A stretch of 64,000 bases of DNA from Zootoca vivipara (taxonomy: Eukaryota), in contig NC_083279.1 of assembly GCF_963506605.1 (NCBI RefSeq), forward strand, positions 71,486,001 to 71,550,000. Reading direction: 5' to 3'. The notes beneath the pieces were generated by a model. The model did no database searches, was not told the origin of the DNA, and worked only from the letters and a program-made list of their open reading frames with translations. The translations under genes were made by a program, and so were the position numbers. Within the stretch, counting starts at the first letter, position 1, and each line of letters opens with the position of its first letter. Positions 1 through 15,300 of the stretch are shown here, piece by piece.

Positions 1-579
1 TCTTTGTAATCACATCATTCTTATCTGCTCTAGTAAGGCATCATCCAAGTCTTCAGTCTGGCTTGGCAGTCTATAGCCAATACCCACAGTAAGGTCAGTA
101 ATGAATCTAATTAAGAGAAAGGACTTTTAAAAACTTTTTAAAATCAAACAATTCTTACATAAGAAGAAGATATGGTTTAAAGCATAGAACATATACAAAA
201 AACACAACACTGATGATTTTAACACGCAAATTCAAATCTAAAACCTTTCCATGAATCCTTAAGGAACGAGCCTTTCTTTTATAGTCTTAGCCAAATGTTC
301 TCTCTGAGCTGGGCCTCAAAGGTGCAGAGAAGAAGCTAAGATGATGTGAGAAGCAGAGGTATCAAAAAATCTCCTGAATAATTCTCTGAACTGACTCATT
401 ATACACTGAAACGTGTATGGATCAGCACAAATCTCTCATTTCAAAAATGTATTGGACCATAATTCTTAGGTAATGAACAATCTGAAGTTAAGTTTGATCA
501 TCTACATCTCAGCATTTGCAGTAGTAAATTTCCACTAACGTTCAAAACAAAACAGTTTTTAGGTTTGGTTGAAACATAC

Positions 580-789
580 CCCTGTGGCAAGCAATTCCCC
601 ATTACGCTCATAGGCCAAAGCTGTTACTATAGTAGTATGAGGTTTGAACGCCTGTTTCAGACGCAAGGCTGCAGGCGCTCCTTTGTCCCGTCCAGACACA
701 ACAGGAAGTCCCTTTGGATCGAAAAGTTCAATAACGCGTACAACGCCATCTTGAAAACCTACAACCATTATGCCTTTCTTGGGATTTAC
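580..789 (-). CDS. CFAP44: CFAP44 exon (VNPKKG...ELLATG)
   Basis: Acceptor TTCTTGAAG, donor GTATGT, 210 bp, phase 0-0. Confidence 0.9.
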
Positions 790-3700
790 CTTCAAGAAAA
801 CAGAATAACATTGTGATTAAGAGCGAATTTAAACCCTGCCTTATACATCGTCTCATAAATCTATGTAAAGTATGTAATTGTTTGTACAGAGGGAGAATAA
901 ACCATGTTGTGAGTGGCGTTTTCTTCTCAAATACCAATACTAAACTATTTTCTTTCACTGTCACCAGAAAACTCGGGAGGGGGTGCAAAAAACAAAATCC
1001 GTAAAAGTAAAATGTTTGCCAAATAATAAATATGAAAACCCATCAAAACAAAACTGAAAACCTTAGATGTTATGGACCCCAGCCAGCAGACCTCTGCAGC
1101 TCAAAACATCTGGAGGACATCAGTATGTGAAACTAGAGGAACAGGAATTAAGAACAATCCAGACAACCTGCTCCTCAATCTCATTATGCTCCATTTTAGG
1201 AGAGGGGCAGAATAAACCATAAGCCATTTGTACATTAAAACAGCTAGGCTCCAGCCATTCTGTCTTGCACTACCATCCATATACTTCCTCTTTCTATCTT
1301 GCACTACTTACCACGTTTGGTGCCCAGACCATTACTGTTCCTCCCTGTTTAAACTTCATCTCAGTCAACTGCACATTGTCAACAAAATCGAAGACACGAA
1401 CTGTACCTGCATTAGATGGTTAACAGGGGATCAGAATAAGAAGGAGCCAGATCTCCGTTGCTTTTTAAAATTTAAGCAACACATTTTACATGGGGGCTCT
1501 GAAAAAACAAAGAAACTACACCATTACAAGTGATCCGTGGATTATTCCCCAAACGTGTCTACTTAAGATAACTTATTTTAACCTTGAAAACTGAGTGTGG
1601 GAGGAGTCAGAAGGAAAAAGATATGTACTTACGGTCAAGACCAGTGGTGGCCATGATATAAGTGACTGGAGAAACACACATGGCTTCTATCTTTCCTGAA
1701 TGAAAAGTAAAGAGGCATTCTGGATCATGAGTCTACAGGGGAAAAGAAATAAAATGGGTTTTCTTCAGAGGCCTATTTGTAAAAGTATTTTAAAAGTTTT
1801 GTGTAACAGGGTCACCTAGGGACATATCATTAAAGCCCCTCTGAAAATCTGATCGCTAAAATGCATTGGACATTCAAACTGGGGTTCCTAGTTTTCAATC
1901 TAGGGCACAAATTGAGTATCAGATAAACAAAGACAAAAAAACACTGATATTTGTTAAAGGTTTTTAACAGTGCTCTTTTTTTTATTACAAAAAAAAAGTT
2001 GCTGGTGCTCACCATGAAGTTGTTACAGCAAGTGCCACACTTTTAACATTTGGGGGGGGGGAGGTGCTGGTACTGCACACCCTTGAGTACCCCCCCCCCA
2101 GAAAAAAGCACCGGTTTTAAATCAGTATACTTTGTATTTTCAAGGAGGAAGCATCAGTGGTGCCTTATATCTGTTCTTTTGAAGACCTTGTTTGTTGAAC
2201 GCTTAGGGCCAAGCTAACAAGACATGAAAGATCTGACCGGATTTCCTGCTATGTTTTTCTGTTCCTGAACATAGCCAATTGGGAAGCCCAGCTTGGATTA
2301 GAGCCAAATTACATCCACAGAAACAGGGTAAAGTCTAAATGCAAAAGAGGGGAAAGTGGGTGCCTCACCTTGCATGAGTACTTTCCACTGAGGCTGCCCC
2401 ACCATTGGAACCACAAACTAGTACTGACATTTTTGAGGCCATCTTTCTCAAAGTAATAAACTACAGAAGCTGCACATCTTTTAAAGATAAAATATTGGCT
2501 TCTATTTAACTATCAGGTATAACAAAAGTACAGTGGAGGAATGATTGGGGAACAAAACAGAAAGGAAAACTTACAACATTTGTGAAACTCAAATCAAGCT
2601 TCCAGATGGCTCCATTGGCATCCTAGTAAAGAAGAAAAAACACTTAGCTTTTTGCTATTACTTCAAACAGTATTTACATCCCTCTCCTAAAGACATTGGC
2701 TTGGATCCAGAGAATTTTAGCTGCACTTCCCCAAGCAAATAAACAACTAACTTGTCCCACAAAAAAAAAATCCTTCCAGTAGCACCTTAGAGACCAACTA
2801 AGTTACCGGTAGTTATTGGTATGAGCTTTTGTGTGCATGCACACTTCTTCAGATACAGAACTTAGCCTTTTCTCCCTTCCAACAACAATCAAGATTCCCA
2901 TCCCTGTGGTAACTATTCTTAGATCCTAGGGGTGCCAATGGGAGGTTCCCCCTTAAGAGTTAACAGGAACTGTATGAAAGCAAGTGAGAACTGAATGCTC
3001 AGCCTTGCCCTTCCCCCAAGCTGCAAGGTCTGGAATAAGATTCATTCAAGCCCCTGGAATTTTATTCCTTCCTTCCATTTTTATTTTTTGTTTCACCTGA
3101 GTGGTACTTTCCTAGTTTGGTGGCTGGTTTTGAGGTTGTTGTTTTTTTGTTTGTTTTTTTGCTTTAGCTTCAAAGGTTACCATGACATCACATCCTACAC
3201 ATGAAAAAGGGTTGTGCACACCACTGAATCAGGGCACACACTCTCTGTTGACTAATGTGCAACCTAAAAAACAACAACACAACCCTATATACCACAGGGG
3301 AGGACTAAAACAATGCTTACCTGAGCATACCAAAATGGTTCTCCACGTTCATGAATTTTCACCATATAGTTCAGATTTACATTTTTGCCAACTAAAAGTT
3401 CATTAATGTGTTCCACCTCCAGCAGTCCAGTGTCATCCACAATATCAGCTGTATCTATTGTTTCAAAATCCCAAACCTTCATGGAGTTTGGAAAAGAAAA
3501 TATTATCTATTGTTGCCAAATGCCAGTACCAATGCTTTAAATGTTAAAATTTGGCTACTATGAGCCAACCTAAGGGAAGGAGTAGTTCAAATTCAATAGG
3601 ATTTTTCATTCACATGCAACTGATGGGAAGGGATAATGTAAACCTTTCTCTCCCTACCGTGCTTCTTACAAAAAATCGCCTCTTGAATATGCTATCTGGA

Positions 3701-6700
3701 TTTCAAGGGAAGCCTCTGTTGATGTCACTGGTGTCAATTGATGTTTCCCTTCAAATGCAGAAAGCAGTTTCAGAGAGGCAACTTTTGTCAGGACTGTGGC
3801 AGGGGGGTAGTTAAATTTTCCCTCCCTCCTCCAGGCTCTACAGTTGCCATTTACACAAGAAACAACAGACACATTAACCATCACATCTATTTGGGTTCTT
3901 TTCACTGTACGTTCTTTATTATGTGTGCTCATGTAACTATTGGGGTAGTCATAGGTCATCCCGCTTTTAAAGCTATTTGTGCCTGCAAAAGTTTTAGGGT
4001 AGCCATAACCACTTTAATTCCAAGCTGTGCACATCCTGCAACTTCCTATTTCACAACTGCCCTGGTGGGTTTTTTTGTCTCACTTTTGCTGTGCTATTGC
4101 CTCTCTGACAGCAACCACGTGGTCCAACTGGGGAAGCATCACAGAATTCCTCAAGAAGGGTAAAAAACCATCATTAACGCGCTCCTATTGTGTCAAGAAC
4201 ATGATACAGAATATACTGTCAATCAAGTAAGATATGTTCAAGAAAGCCTTAGCAAATGAAGAAGGAAGCAATGTTCTCATACGAATGGTGTTTCTCAAAG
4301 GTGTTGAACACATTACATGATGGTTATACTGCCTTCTTTTACCAAAGACAGGAAATGCAAACAGGTCTTTGTCAGTCTGCTTCAGGCCAAGACAGGAAAT
4401 AGATTGAGAAGGAGAGGGGTGACTAAAGGGCAAATACCTGTCTGCACTTCCTGTTTTTGGGCACAGCAGGGCAAGCTTAACCCACCACCTGTTTGTATAG
4501 GTACTCAGGTTGTGAAATAACCACCCCAAGCACACTTACAATAAATCTCGTTCAGTCTCAGCACCAGGTTAATGAAATATTCCAGCAGGAATCTTATTAG
4601 TAAAAACCAGTGGTCACTGTTAATAAAAAAGGTAAAGGACCCCTGGACGGTTAATTCCACTCAAATGAGTCTATGAGGTTGTGGTGCTCATATCGCTTTC
4701 AGGCCAAGGAAGCCAGTGTTAGTCCACAGACAGCTATCTGGGTCATGTGGCCAGCATGACTAAACCGCTTCTGGCACAACGGAACACTGTGGCAAAAGCC
4801 AGAGGCCACGGAAATGCCATTTACCTTCCCGCCACAGTGGTACCTATTTTTCTACTTGCACTGGCGTGCTTTCAAACTACTAGGTTGGCAGGAGCTGGGA
4901 CAGAGCAACGGGAGCTCACTCCATCATGGGGATTCGAACCACTGACCTTCCGATCGGCAAGCCCAAGAGGTTGCCGATCACAGTGGTTTAGATCACAGTG
5001 CCACCCGAGTCCCACTGTTAATAATAATAATAATAATAATTTATTATTTATACCACGCCCATCTGGCTGGGTTTCCCCAGCCACTCTGGGCGGCTTCCAA
5101 CCGAATATTAAAAACAGTACAGCATCAAACATTAAAAACTTCCCTAAACAGGGCTGCCTTCAGTTGTCTTCTAAAAGTAGAATAGCTGCTTATTGCCTTG
5201 ACATCTGCCAGGAGGGCGTTCCACAGGGTGGGTGCCACTACCGAGAAGGCCCTCTGTCTGGTTCTGTTAATATTTTGTCTGGTCTGTTAATAGTTTGATA
5301 AAAAGTGCAGAAGAGTAAACAGTACCATCAACCCATGAATAATCCTGGGTACACTCAATATGTCTCTTCTTTATACACTTAATATTTAAGAAAACACATA
5401 CCCCCCAAAAAAAAGATTTAAGAAAATACTCACCCTAATAAAGCCATCTGATCCAACACTGACCACCTCTCCCTCATCCAGAATTATCTGATTAATTGGG
5501 CCGTTGTGGCAATTTTTACGCCCAGGCCGACAAAGTTCCACTTTTATGAGGCCCCCTTCCCACAGCAACAAGTTGCCCCATTCTGATCCTGAAAGTACCT
5601 TTCATGCAGAGAAAACAAAATGCATTAGTATTCTATCATATTGATGTATATCTGAAAAGGGATACAGGGAAGGACACATTAAGTTACATCCCAAGTTTTC
5701 ACAGACAACAGATACATTTTCTAGGAAAATGGCAAATGTTTGTAAGACCAAGGCTGCAGGCACACCATACTGTACATCTGAAACACGCTTCCCCCTCAAA
5801 GAACCCCGGGAACTGTACTAGGAATTGTAGCTATGTGAAGGGTAAACTACAGATCCCAGGTTTGTTTATTTTTTTAAGTTTCTTTTTTTTTGCAATGTTT
5901 TGGAACAATAAGTTCAATGATAACGTCCAACCAAATGCTGCTTTCTAACTGCTGCAATAGTATTTCTTTATGCTCTTTTTCTTTGATTTATTTTGTTTAC
6001 AGCTAAGTGGTTTGTCACAAACCATAAGAAGGCTGGGCACTGCATTATACAAGGATGTGCCTTTAAAAACAATTCAGAAATCTCAATTACTACAACTATT
6101 GATTGGTATCAGTCTATGGGAATATATTCCGCCAATTCTTAAAACATATCCACTGTTTACCAGATGCTTTTTTTAAAAACAGAATAAGCTTCTGATCATT
6201 TTTAGACGCAGCAGACACTGGATAGGCTATGCCTTTCCACACAGCAATGTCCTGTAAATATGGGTCAGGGCAAATCTGAATAGAGAACAAAGGAGCCCAT
6301 TTTATCATACAGAAAAGTTTGAGAAGATAGAAATGTTTCTCACCTTCCCATCTGGCAGCTCCACATATCCTTCAATGTCTGTCAATGCTGTTTTTCCAAA
6401 CCTACCCAGTGCTCCTTGTAGTTTCAGACCAGTGAAGGTAAGCGCCATCTTCCAAAACCTGGTCACATAAAAATCAAATCTCTATTAGTTTTCAAGGGGT
6501 TATTTTGGTCTTTAAACAGACTGTTATCAACCTTTCACATGCACTAATTTGGCTGCATTTTGAAGCAAACCACAGTTTAGTGCTACAAGGATGAGTCTGG
6601 GAGGTCCCAGGGATTGCATACTCTCCCACTTTCCTCTTCTCCTCCGGCACAGGTGTTAGGAGGAGATCTCATTTGCATGGACAGGCGGAGTCTCCCAAAC

Positions 6701-9321
6701 CCCCAGGCAACCCCCTGAGCGGAATAAAGACGCAAGACAATGTGCTATGGGATTCAAATTGGCCACAACTTTATTAAGATTCAGATGTAGGGAGACCTTG
6801 GCTCAGGCATTGGGCGTTATCCTTCCCAGTTCCCAGCTTTAGCAGTGCCAGGCCTTGGGCGGAATTCTGTAGCGCTTTTCCTAGAGGGAGGGGTGTGAAG
6901 CGGAGACCTTGCGGCAACAAGATCGGGGTATTGGGGAAAGCCTTGACCATGCCAATAGGCGTCATCGCATCCCCCTTCCAGCGGCGGCGAACAGGGGGCG
7001 GGCTCTCTCTGCTTGAACATATATTCTCCAGAGCCAGGCCCAACCCCCATACATGAACCTCCCCTGCATGCTCACCTACTGTTCTGCTGCTTCAAGAGTA
7101 AGGCCTCTCTTTCTCTCCACGTAGTGCTTCCACAGCAGGAATCATAGAATCATAGAGTTGGAAGAGACCACAAGGGCCATCCAGTCCAACCCCCTGCCAA
7201 GCAGGAAACACCATCAAAGCATTCCTTACAGATGGCCATCAAGCCTCCGCTTAAAGACCTCCAAAGAAGGAGACTCCACCACACTCCTTGGCAGCAAATT
7301 CCACTGCCGAACAGCTCTTACTGTCAAGAAGTTCTTCCTAATGTTTAGGTGGAATCTTCTTTCTTGTAGTTTGAATCCATTGCTCTGTGTCCGCTTCTCT
7401 GGAGCAGTAGAAAACAACCTTTCTCCCTCCTCTATATGACATCCTTTTATATACAGTATTTGAACATGGCTATCATATCACCCCTTAACCTTCTCTTCTC
7501 CAGGCTAAACATACCCAGCTCCCTAAGCTGTTCCTCATAAGGCAGGCATCCCCAAACTTCGGCCCTCCAGATGTTTTGGACTACAATTCCCATCATCCCT
7601 GACCTGTTAGCTAGGGATCATGGGAGTTGTAGGCCAAAACATCTGGAGGGCCACAGTTTGGGGATGCCTGTCATAAGGCATTGTTTCCAAGCCTTTGACC
7701 ATTTTGGTTGCCCTCCTCTGGACACGTTCCAGCTTTTCAGTATCCTTCTTGAACTGTGGTGCCCAAAACTGGACACAGTACTCCAGATGAGGTCTGACCA
7801 GAGCAGAATACAGTGGTACTATTACTTCCCTTGATCTAGACGCTATACTCCCATTGATGCAGCTCAGAATTGCATTGGCTTTTTTAGCTGCTGCATCACA
7901 CTGTTGACTCAACAGTGTGACTCAAGCCAAGCATGAGGAGCACCATGTAAGAATACTGACAAAACTACACTTTCCAGTGCTCCTAGCTCACAGCAACAGC
8001 ATCACCGAGCACCAGGGAAAGGGTGTTGCGCTCAAGGGCAGTCAATTACACAAGGAGCCAGTCAACATGGCTGCTTCTTTTCCTGCTTTCAGAAGATATT
8101 CATGGCATTTCAATTGTCTGAAGATTATAAATAACTATATTACAACATGAAACAAAAATTAGGACACTGCCAACCCAGAGCAGAAGGCTAGCTTGATTTT
8201 AAATAAATAAAATGCATGTCGTACTTGCAATGTTTTGGGGCAGCTAAATAAAAGGTGGTCTTCATTGAGTAACAGGAATGTTTTAATACAGATAATTAAA
8301 ATTTAATGTATAGTTAAGGTAGGTACAGCTTTCTAGTGTGATGCGTTTACTGATGAAATATTCCTTTTAGTCAGCATGCCTCTGTGGCATTCTAGTTCCT
8401 TGAGATAAAACTATGCTACTTGCTGGCTTACTTTATGTGACCTGAACCAGATGTGGTGAGTTGCTCTTCATTTTCTGGAGAAAAGGTCACTCTAAAAACA
8501 TCTTGGGAAAATGCTTTCGCTCTCAATACAATCTTTTCCTGCTTCCAGTCCCAAACTGTTAACATATAGTCAGGGCTGCTCCCAACTGTGGCGATCAAAG
8601 TACCCGAACGATTAAAGTCAGCAAATGCATATGCTTCTTCAGTTCCACCTGGAAATAAGATGATATAACAGGTTTCTTAATGCAATATAAATGTTCAAGG
8701 AAACATACCAATGTGCTAGCCAATCAACTAGCACATATTGTAAATTATTATTATTTTTTTGAAGTATGAAACAGATTAGTAAAGGTAAGGGGACCCCTGG
8801 CCGTTAGGTCCAGTCACAGACAACTCTGGGGTTGCGGCGCTCATCTCGCTTTACTGGCTGAGGGAGCCGGCATACAGCTTCCGGGTCATGTGGCCAGCAT
8901 GACTAAACCACTTCTGGTGAACCAGAGCAGTGCACAGAAACACCGTTTACCTTCCCGCCAGAGCGGTACCTGTTTATCTACTTGCACTTTGACGTGCTTT
9001 CGAACTGCTAGGTGGGCAGGAGCTGGGACCAAGCAACTGGAGCTCACCCCGTCATAGGGATTCGAACTGCTGACCTTCTGATCGGCAAGCTCTAGGCTCT
9101 GTGGTTTAGAGCACAGCGCTACCCACGTCCCTTGTGAAACAGATTACTTATATTTTAAATACATTTAAACAGTACAAAGCAACCACAAAACAGAGAAGAA
9201 TGAAGGCAGTCTGTATGAAGAGAGAAAAAACAAAGGCTTCAGGTGATAATCTACCCTAGAGCCTTCAAGCCTTCTGCTCTTGTAGAAATTCTGTCTCTGA
9301 GTCCCAGATACTGTACTAGTA

Positions 9322-9359
<38 letters not shown>

Positions 9360-12300
9360 TGCATCATAAGCCTTTCCTTTTCCCCACAATGAGTAATTAC
9401 TGAAATCACATGAAACGTAAGAGATATCACTGAACTGATTTGTCAGCTTTATTATTATTATTTATTTTTAAAAAGTCTCAACTCAAAATATATTAGAAAA
9501 AGAAAAGCTATTGAACTGCATTTGGTTTCCAGAGTGATAGCCACCTAATAAAAAATAAACCAGTAATGAAGAATAGAATTCCTTTATCATCCTTCTTTAA
9601 ATACTTGGCCATTTAGACATGCATCCATTGCTTTTTCTTGAACGTGAACACAGAAAAAGGGAAAATAGCATCTGACTCTGCAAATAATAATGCCAATTCT
9701 TCTTAATCACTTGCACATCTTTAAAAGAGTGACTACTTACAAATCTCCCTGTATTCATACAAGAAATATCAAACAGAAAATTGCTTCTATTTCTGTGACT
9801 ATTAATTCTCCTTTATGAATATGAAATTGTGAGACGGCTTATGTTTTAACCTACCTCGTAATACTCTGTATGGCCTTAAGGAAGGGTATTCATAGATAAT
9901 CATGTTTGGCTTCCATCCTTTTTCTCCTACTGCAAAGTAGGTTTTATTAGGATGTACCTAGTAGAAGCAAAGACCTTTTTCACTCTGCATTTATCCAGTA
10001 AAGTTTTAGTTCATTTGACTTCTATCCCACATTTTAATCCATGATAGCCACTGCAGTGGCCTCCAGATACTGTCTGACTACAACTCCCATCTTTCACCAC
10101 TGACCATGTTAGCTGAGGCTGATGGCAGTTGTAGTTCACCATCATCTGGAGGCACTGCCTAAAACAAATATGGTTGCAGCTACCCCTCTGGAAAATGGCA
10201 GCATATTCTCCGCCCCCATACCGTGTTCCACCAGGACTGCAAGTCTTTCAAAGTCTAAGGACAGAGAGAGAGAGAGGTGCAACAGCTTGGGAAAACACTG
10301 TTTACTTTGTTAGAGCTTTTCCCTAATCCATGATACCTTGTTCACCTGCATAACATTTGAAACTAGCAGTGAACCTAAAAGGAACAAATATCAATAGGAC
10401 AGCCTAGTAAGTATGCTGCTAGTCACTTACGGACCCATTGTTAAAACCGTGTTTATGGAAGACAATCTTACTCAGCTACGAGTGATCATCAAAGAAGAAG
10501 AAGAAAATTGTAAAATATATATTTATCTCCTACAGTACAAAATTAACTCAAGCCTTCGACAAGGGCAATAGCCAAATGCACTACCTAATGTGTGAAAAAC
10601 CGGCCAAAATATTTTTCAGGTTGAAAGAGAGATTCTCATAATCCAATAGCCCTGCTTATTTTGCTACCAAGGAAGATCTCAAGAAAAATACTTTACAAAA
10701 TAAAACAAAAATGTCATACCGCGATTACTCCAATCCCTCCACCGCATGTGCTTCGGAGATAGTTCTGAGATTTCGTTAGCAAATTCAGCATTACTAGTTG
10801 GTTGCCAGCTATGTAGAAGAGAGTGACACTATCCAGCATCTGAATGTTTGCCCGTCTAGTGCAGTCATAGCCAAAAGAGTGACTGAAGAACATTCACTAA
10901 GGAAAAGTGATGCCATCACCGAGGTTTATTTTGACCATGTAATAACACTACCACCAATAAAAACCCAGAGGTCGCCTGAAAAGTACAATGCACTGTATTG
11001 TAATGGTATTGGAACACAATAGGGTCTTTTTATATAAATGAGAGAAAAGAGCTGAAGCTATAGAAAAAATGTAGCCCACCCATCCTTTTTAAAATTTCTG
11101 GCTTAACCATATTCTGTCTTAACCAATTTCTAAATGTTTTCTATTAAAGAAAGGGCAAAAGGCAAAAGATCCCTTACATAAACTGAGAGAACAAACCACA
11201 GCAATAGTGCAGGCTTTGTTATTTTGCCCATCTGTTGGGAAATACTGGGGAGGATGTAAAATTTCTCACTAGTATGGCCTTATTATGTATTGTTACAGGC
11301 CATTCCAATCCCTGCTAAGCCAGCCATGCACAGGATTCCAGAGGTCTTGGCCCTCAATCAGGGTCTGTGCTCCTTTGGAGAACTGAAGACATAGCGGAGT
11401 CTGTCGTAGCTTTAAGAAATATGATTTATTCTCATATTTACACCTGAGTTTAAATGGAGGTAGCCCAGATCTTACAGCATGGTCATCTGAAGAGGGTCTT
11501 GTTCCCCCCAGCAGTGCAATGATGGAGATTGAGGCCTCTCTATCAGCCTGTCTTCAGTCAGTCAAGATGGATCTCTCCCCCCCCCCTTCCTAGCACACCT
11601 TGCTAAAAACAGTCTTTTCCTGTCACCTCACACCCAGTTAACCTGGAAACCTTTCAAATCCCCAGTCTCTGTTCACACCTCAGGGCAGGGGGAAAGGATA
11701 GTTCTCTTGCATTGCCAATGACTCTCAATTGTTTGTGGCTTGGCCAGGTTGTGTGCTTTTTTGCTTTGGCTAGCCCAGGAATTCCTCTGCAGCTTGTATT
11801 TCTCCCTTCATTTCCCAAATACAGTAATCAAAATCCTACCATTTATTTATTTATTAGCAAAAGTGGATACATGAGACTGAGCAAGTCAAGCGGAATGCCA
11901 GAATCTGGAGTCACAAATGGGAGTGCACACAACTCCTCATAGTTATAGTAGAAGTTTTCAGAGATTTTCTTCTCTACCTTTACTTTCTTCTTCTTCACCG
12001 GTTCTGGAGGCTTTTCAATTTGTATTGGCTCCACTTCCTCCTCCTCTTCTGGATTTCAAAAACATCAACAACAATTTTATACATGCACACACAAACACCA
12101 CTTTTCACAAAGGCTGAAAATAAGAAGGCAGGCATATAATTTTCAGATAGACAAGATAGTAGCATTTGTGGCCAATTATAACGTGACGATTCTCACCTTT
12201 GGGCTGAAGGACAGGACATTAAATAAATAAACTCAGAGCCAGCATAGCCATTGTGGTCAATTTTTGAACACAGAGGTTGAGCCCTCCTGTAAGCAATATA

Positions 12301-15300
12301 TTACAACCAAGAATCCCAGCCTGCCGAAATCCCAAAAGTTAGTTCTATATTTAATCTGATCACTGCTGCATCTGATCACTCACACTGGCCAGAGTAGAAG
12401 GCATGGGGAGTGTGTCAATTTTCTTTCTCTCTTTCTTTCAGTTGTGCTAGCTGCAGGCTGGCACAACTGAGGAGCTCATGGATTAGGGTCCTCAGAGCTG
12501 TGGACTCAGTGAATCCAAGGCCTTCAGCCTTCAGCCTTCAGCCTCCTGCCCAAAACCCAAAATGCCCCATTTCAAACTCACCGCTGGCTCCCACCAGTGG
12601 GAGAACTGGAACCAGCAGCTTTCCACTTGCTAGGGAAAAACTTGAGACTCCATGGAAAAACCTATCATCACCATTGACACTTCTCTTTGCCAACGGAGGT
12701 TGGTGAGAAGGCAACTAGGCGCCATCCTAATCCTACCCCATCCATCAACATGGAGGCAGTAGGAATGCTTTGTCAAACCCAAAGATTGGTAGCAATACTT
12801 GCCTTCATCGCTATAGCCTTCACTACCTTCTTCATCTTCATATAGCTTTTCTTCTTCCTGGAAAGCAGAAAATGGGGTCTTTTCTGCAAACAGAAAATCA
12901 TGTTAATTTCCAGTCTACTTTATTTAAATACATATGCTATAATGTTTTCCCTATTTCCCTTGGACCTAAAATCAAATAATTAACTGATATCAGAAGAGCC
13001 ACCTGTATCATGGAGCAGAAGGTTACATTACAAGATACAGTGAATGCTAACGCAGGTAAGTGCTAAAGCAATGGAGAAACAAACTCCCAATAGGGGCTGC
13101 CCATAAAATGTGCCACACTGTGAAACCAAATGCTCTGCCAGCTGAGCTGCTATACTCAAGCAGCTGCTAGGTTTAGGACATGGAGAATATAAACTGCTTT
13201 TTGGAGGAAATTCCTAAAAGAAGAAAAGTATAATTTTAAATTAGATAAATGAATAGATAATTAACATACTGCATATATTCTGATCATGCCTAGTAAGAAG
13301 ATATTTCTGGACAGCAGTATTAATGGAAACTATATATAACAGGTTATGTCTTAGCAGTAAACAGACTTTTAGGATACATAAAATAGCTTGTCGTTTCAGA
13401 AGATGGAAAAATGATAAAGTACCTCTTAACTGCAGTTTAGGCTGCGTACACACCATATGTTTAAAGCAGATAATCAAGGCAACGCTAGTTTGTTAAGGGT
13501 GCTGGGAATTGCAGTGCAGGTTAAAACTACAGTTCCCAGGGTTCTTTGGGGAAAGTCGTGGTTTTAAATGTATGGTGCATGCATAGCCTTAGTTATAACT
13601 GGAGGGAAACTGATGCTCTTACACTAGATGCATGTTGGAGCAAAAGATCTTAATTTCACATAGGGTCTGAACTGGAGGGACGGACCAGGAGCAAGACCTT
13701 AAGGCCATATTAGATAGCTCAATAAAGATGTCAACCCACTGTGCAGTGGCTATAAAGAAGGCAAATTCCATGCTAGGGGTCATTACGAAAGGAATTGAAA
13801 ATGAAACTGCCAATATCATGAATGCTGCTATACATATTGATCAGGCTTCCTCAACCTCGGCCCTCCAGATGTTTTTGGCCTACAACTCCCATGATCCCTA
13901 GCTAGGAGGACCAGTGGTCAGGGATGATGGGAATTGTAGTCTCAAAACATCTGGAGGGCCGAGATTTGAGGAAGCCTGATATTGATGGTGCAACCACATC
14001 TGTACACAATGAGTACTGTGTACAGTTCTGGTTGCCTCATGTCAAAAAGGATATTGTAGTTGGAAAGGGTTCAGAAAAGTATGCATGGCATGGAGAAAGT
14101 GAATAGAGAAAAGCTTTTCTCCCTCTCTCATAACACTAGAACTCGGAGACATCCAGTAAAGCTGGATGTTGGAAGATTTAGGACAGATAAAAGAAAGTAC
14201 TTCTTCAAGCAGCGCATTGTCAAACTATGGAAATCACTCCCCCAGGAGGCAGTGAAGGCCACCAACTTGGATGGCTTTAAAAGAGGACTGGGCGAATTCA
14301 TGGAAGAGAGAGCTGTTAAGGGCTACAAGCCATGATAATGCCGTGCCTCCGCAGTTGGAGGCATCAATGCTTCTGAGTACCAGTTGCTGGAAACCACAGG
14401 AGAGGAGAGTGCTGGTGTGCTCATGTTCTGCTCCCTGGTTCCCCACAGGCATCTGGTTGGCCACTGTGAGAACAGGATGCTGAACTAGATGGGCCATTGG
14501 CCCAATCCAGCAGGCTATTCTAATGCTCTTATGATGTTCATGTGTTCGTGATGGCTGGATTAGAAGAGTGTGGGAAGTGGTCAAAATGGTGATATTAGCT
14601 AACAACAGAATAAGAGAAGAAAGACAATACGGTAACTAATTTATTGAAAGATTATTATACTGGTGCAATAAAACACAGGAAAATCCTGATCCATATAAAC
14701 TGTAAAAGCACCATACTGTATATTAAAAAGAATGGGAGAGGGAAGAGACGTAAAACAGGTATAGCATACTTTATTTCTCACTGTAAAAAGATATACGTTG
14801 TATGATGCAATGTGTTTTGTAACATAGTTTTTATTTGTTTATTGGAGCCCTCAGTGGGCTTGAGGGCTGATTCCAAATAAGGATACAATATAAGGACAGA
14901 TTTAAACTAATGATTTTTTTGTCCTTTGACACCTAAACATTGAACAGTAAAATTACAGAACAAGCCCCTGGAGATGTTTCTCTCCAAAACACAGAAATCA
15001 CTACACATTCTTGTCTATCATAATTTGAATGTGCAAGCAATACTTACCATCAGCTACCTTCTTTGCTTTTTCCTTGTGTTCCTCTGAAGGTGACCCCTTT
15101 CCTTCTTCTGAAATAATAAAAGCAAAATAATAAAATATGGTGGAACTTCCAATTGGAAATATTGGGGCGAACTGAAATGTAAATTTCTCATGCAAGCTGG
15201 CAGAATCATGCCATGCTTGCTTCATCTGTCGCAGCAGTTTTTATGTTATTGCAGTTTTATAAGAGTATATATTTAAAGTAGATGAATAAATAAGCAAATT

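Noticed and set aside
4747-5298. 183-aa ORF
   Set aside because: Runs through a Sauria SINE, an (AAT)n tract and a LINE fragment
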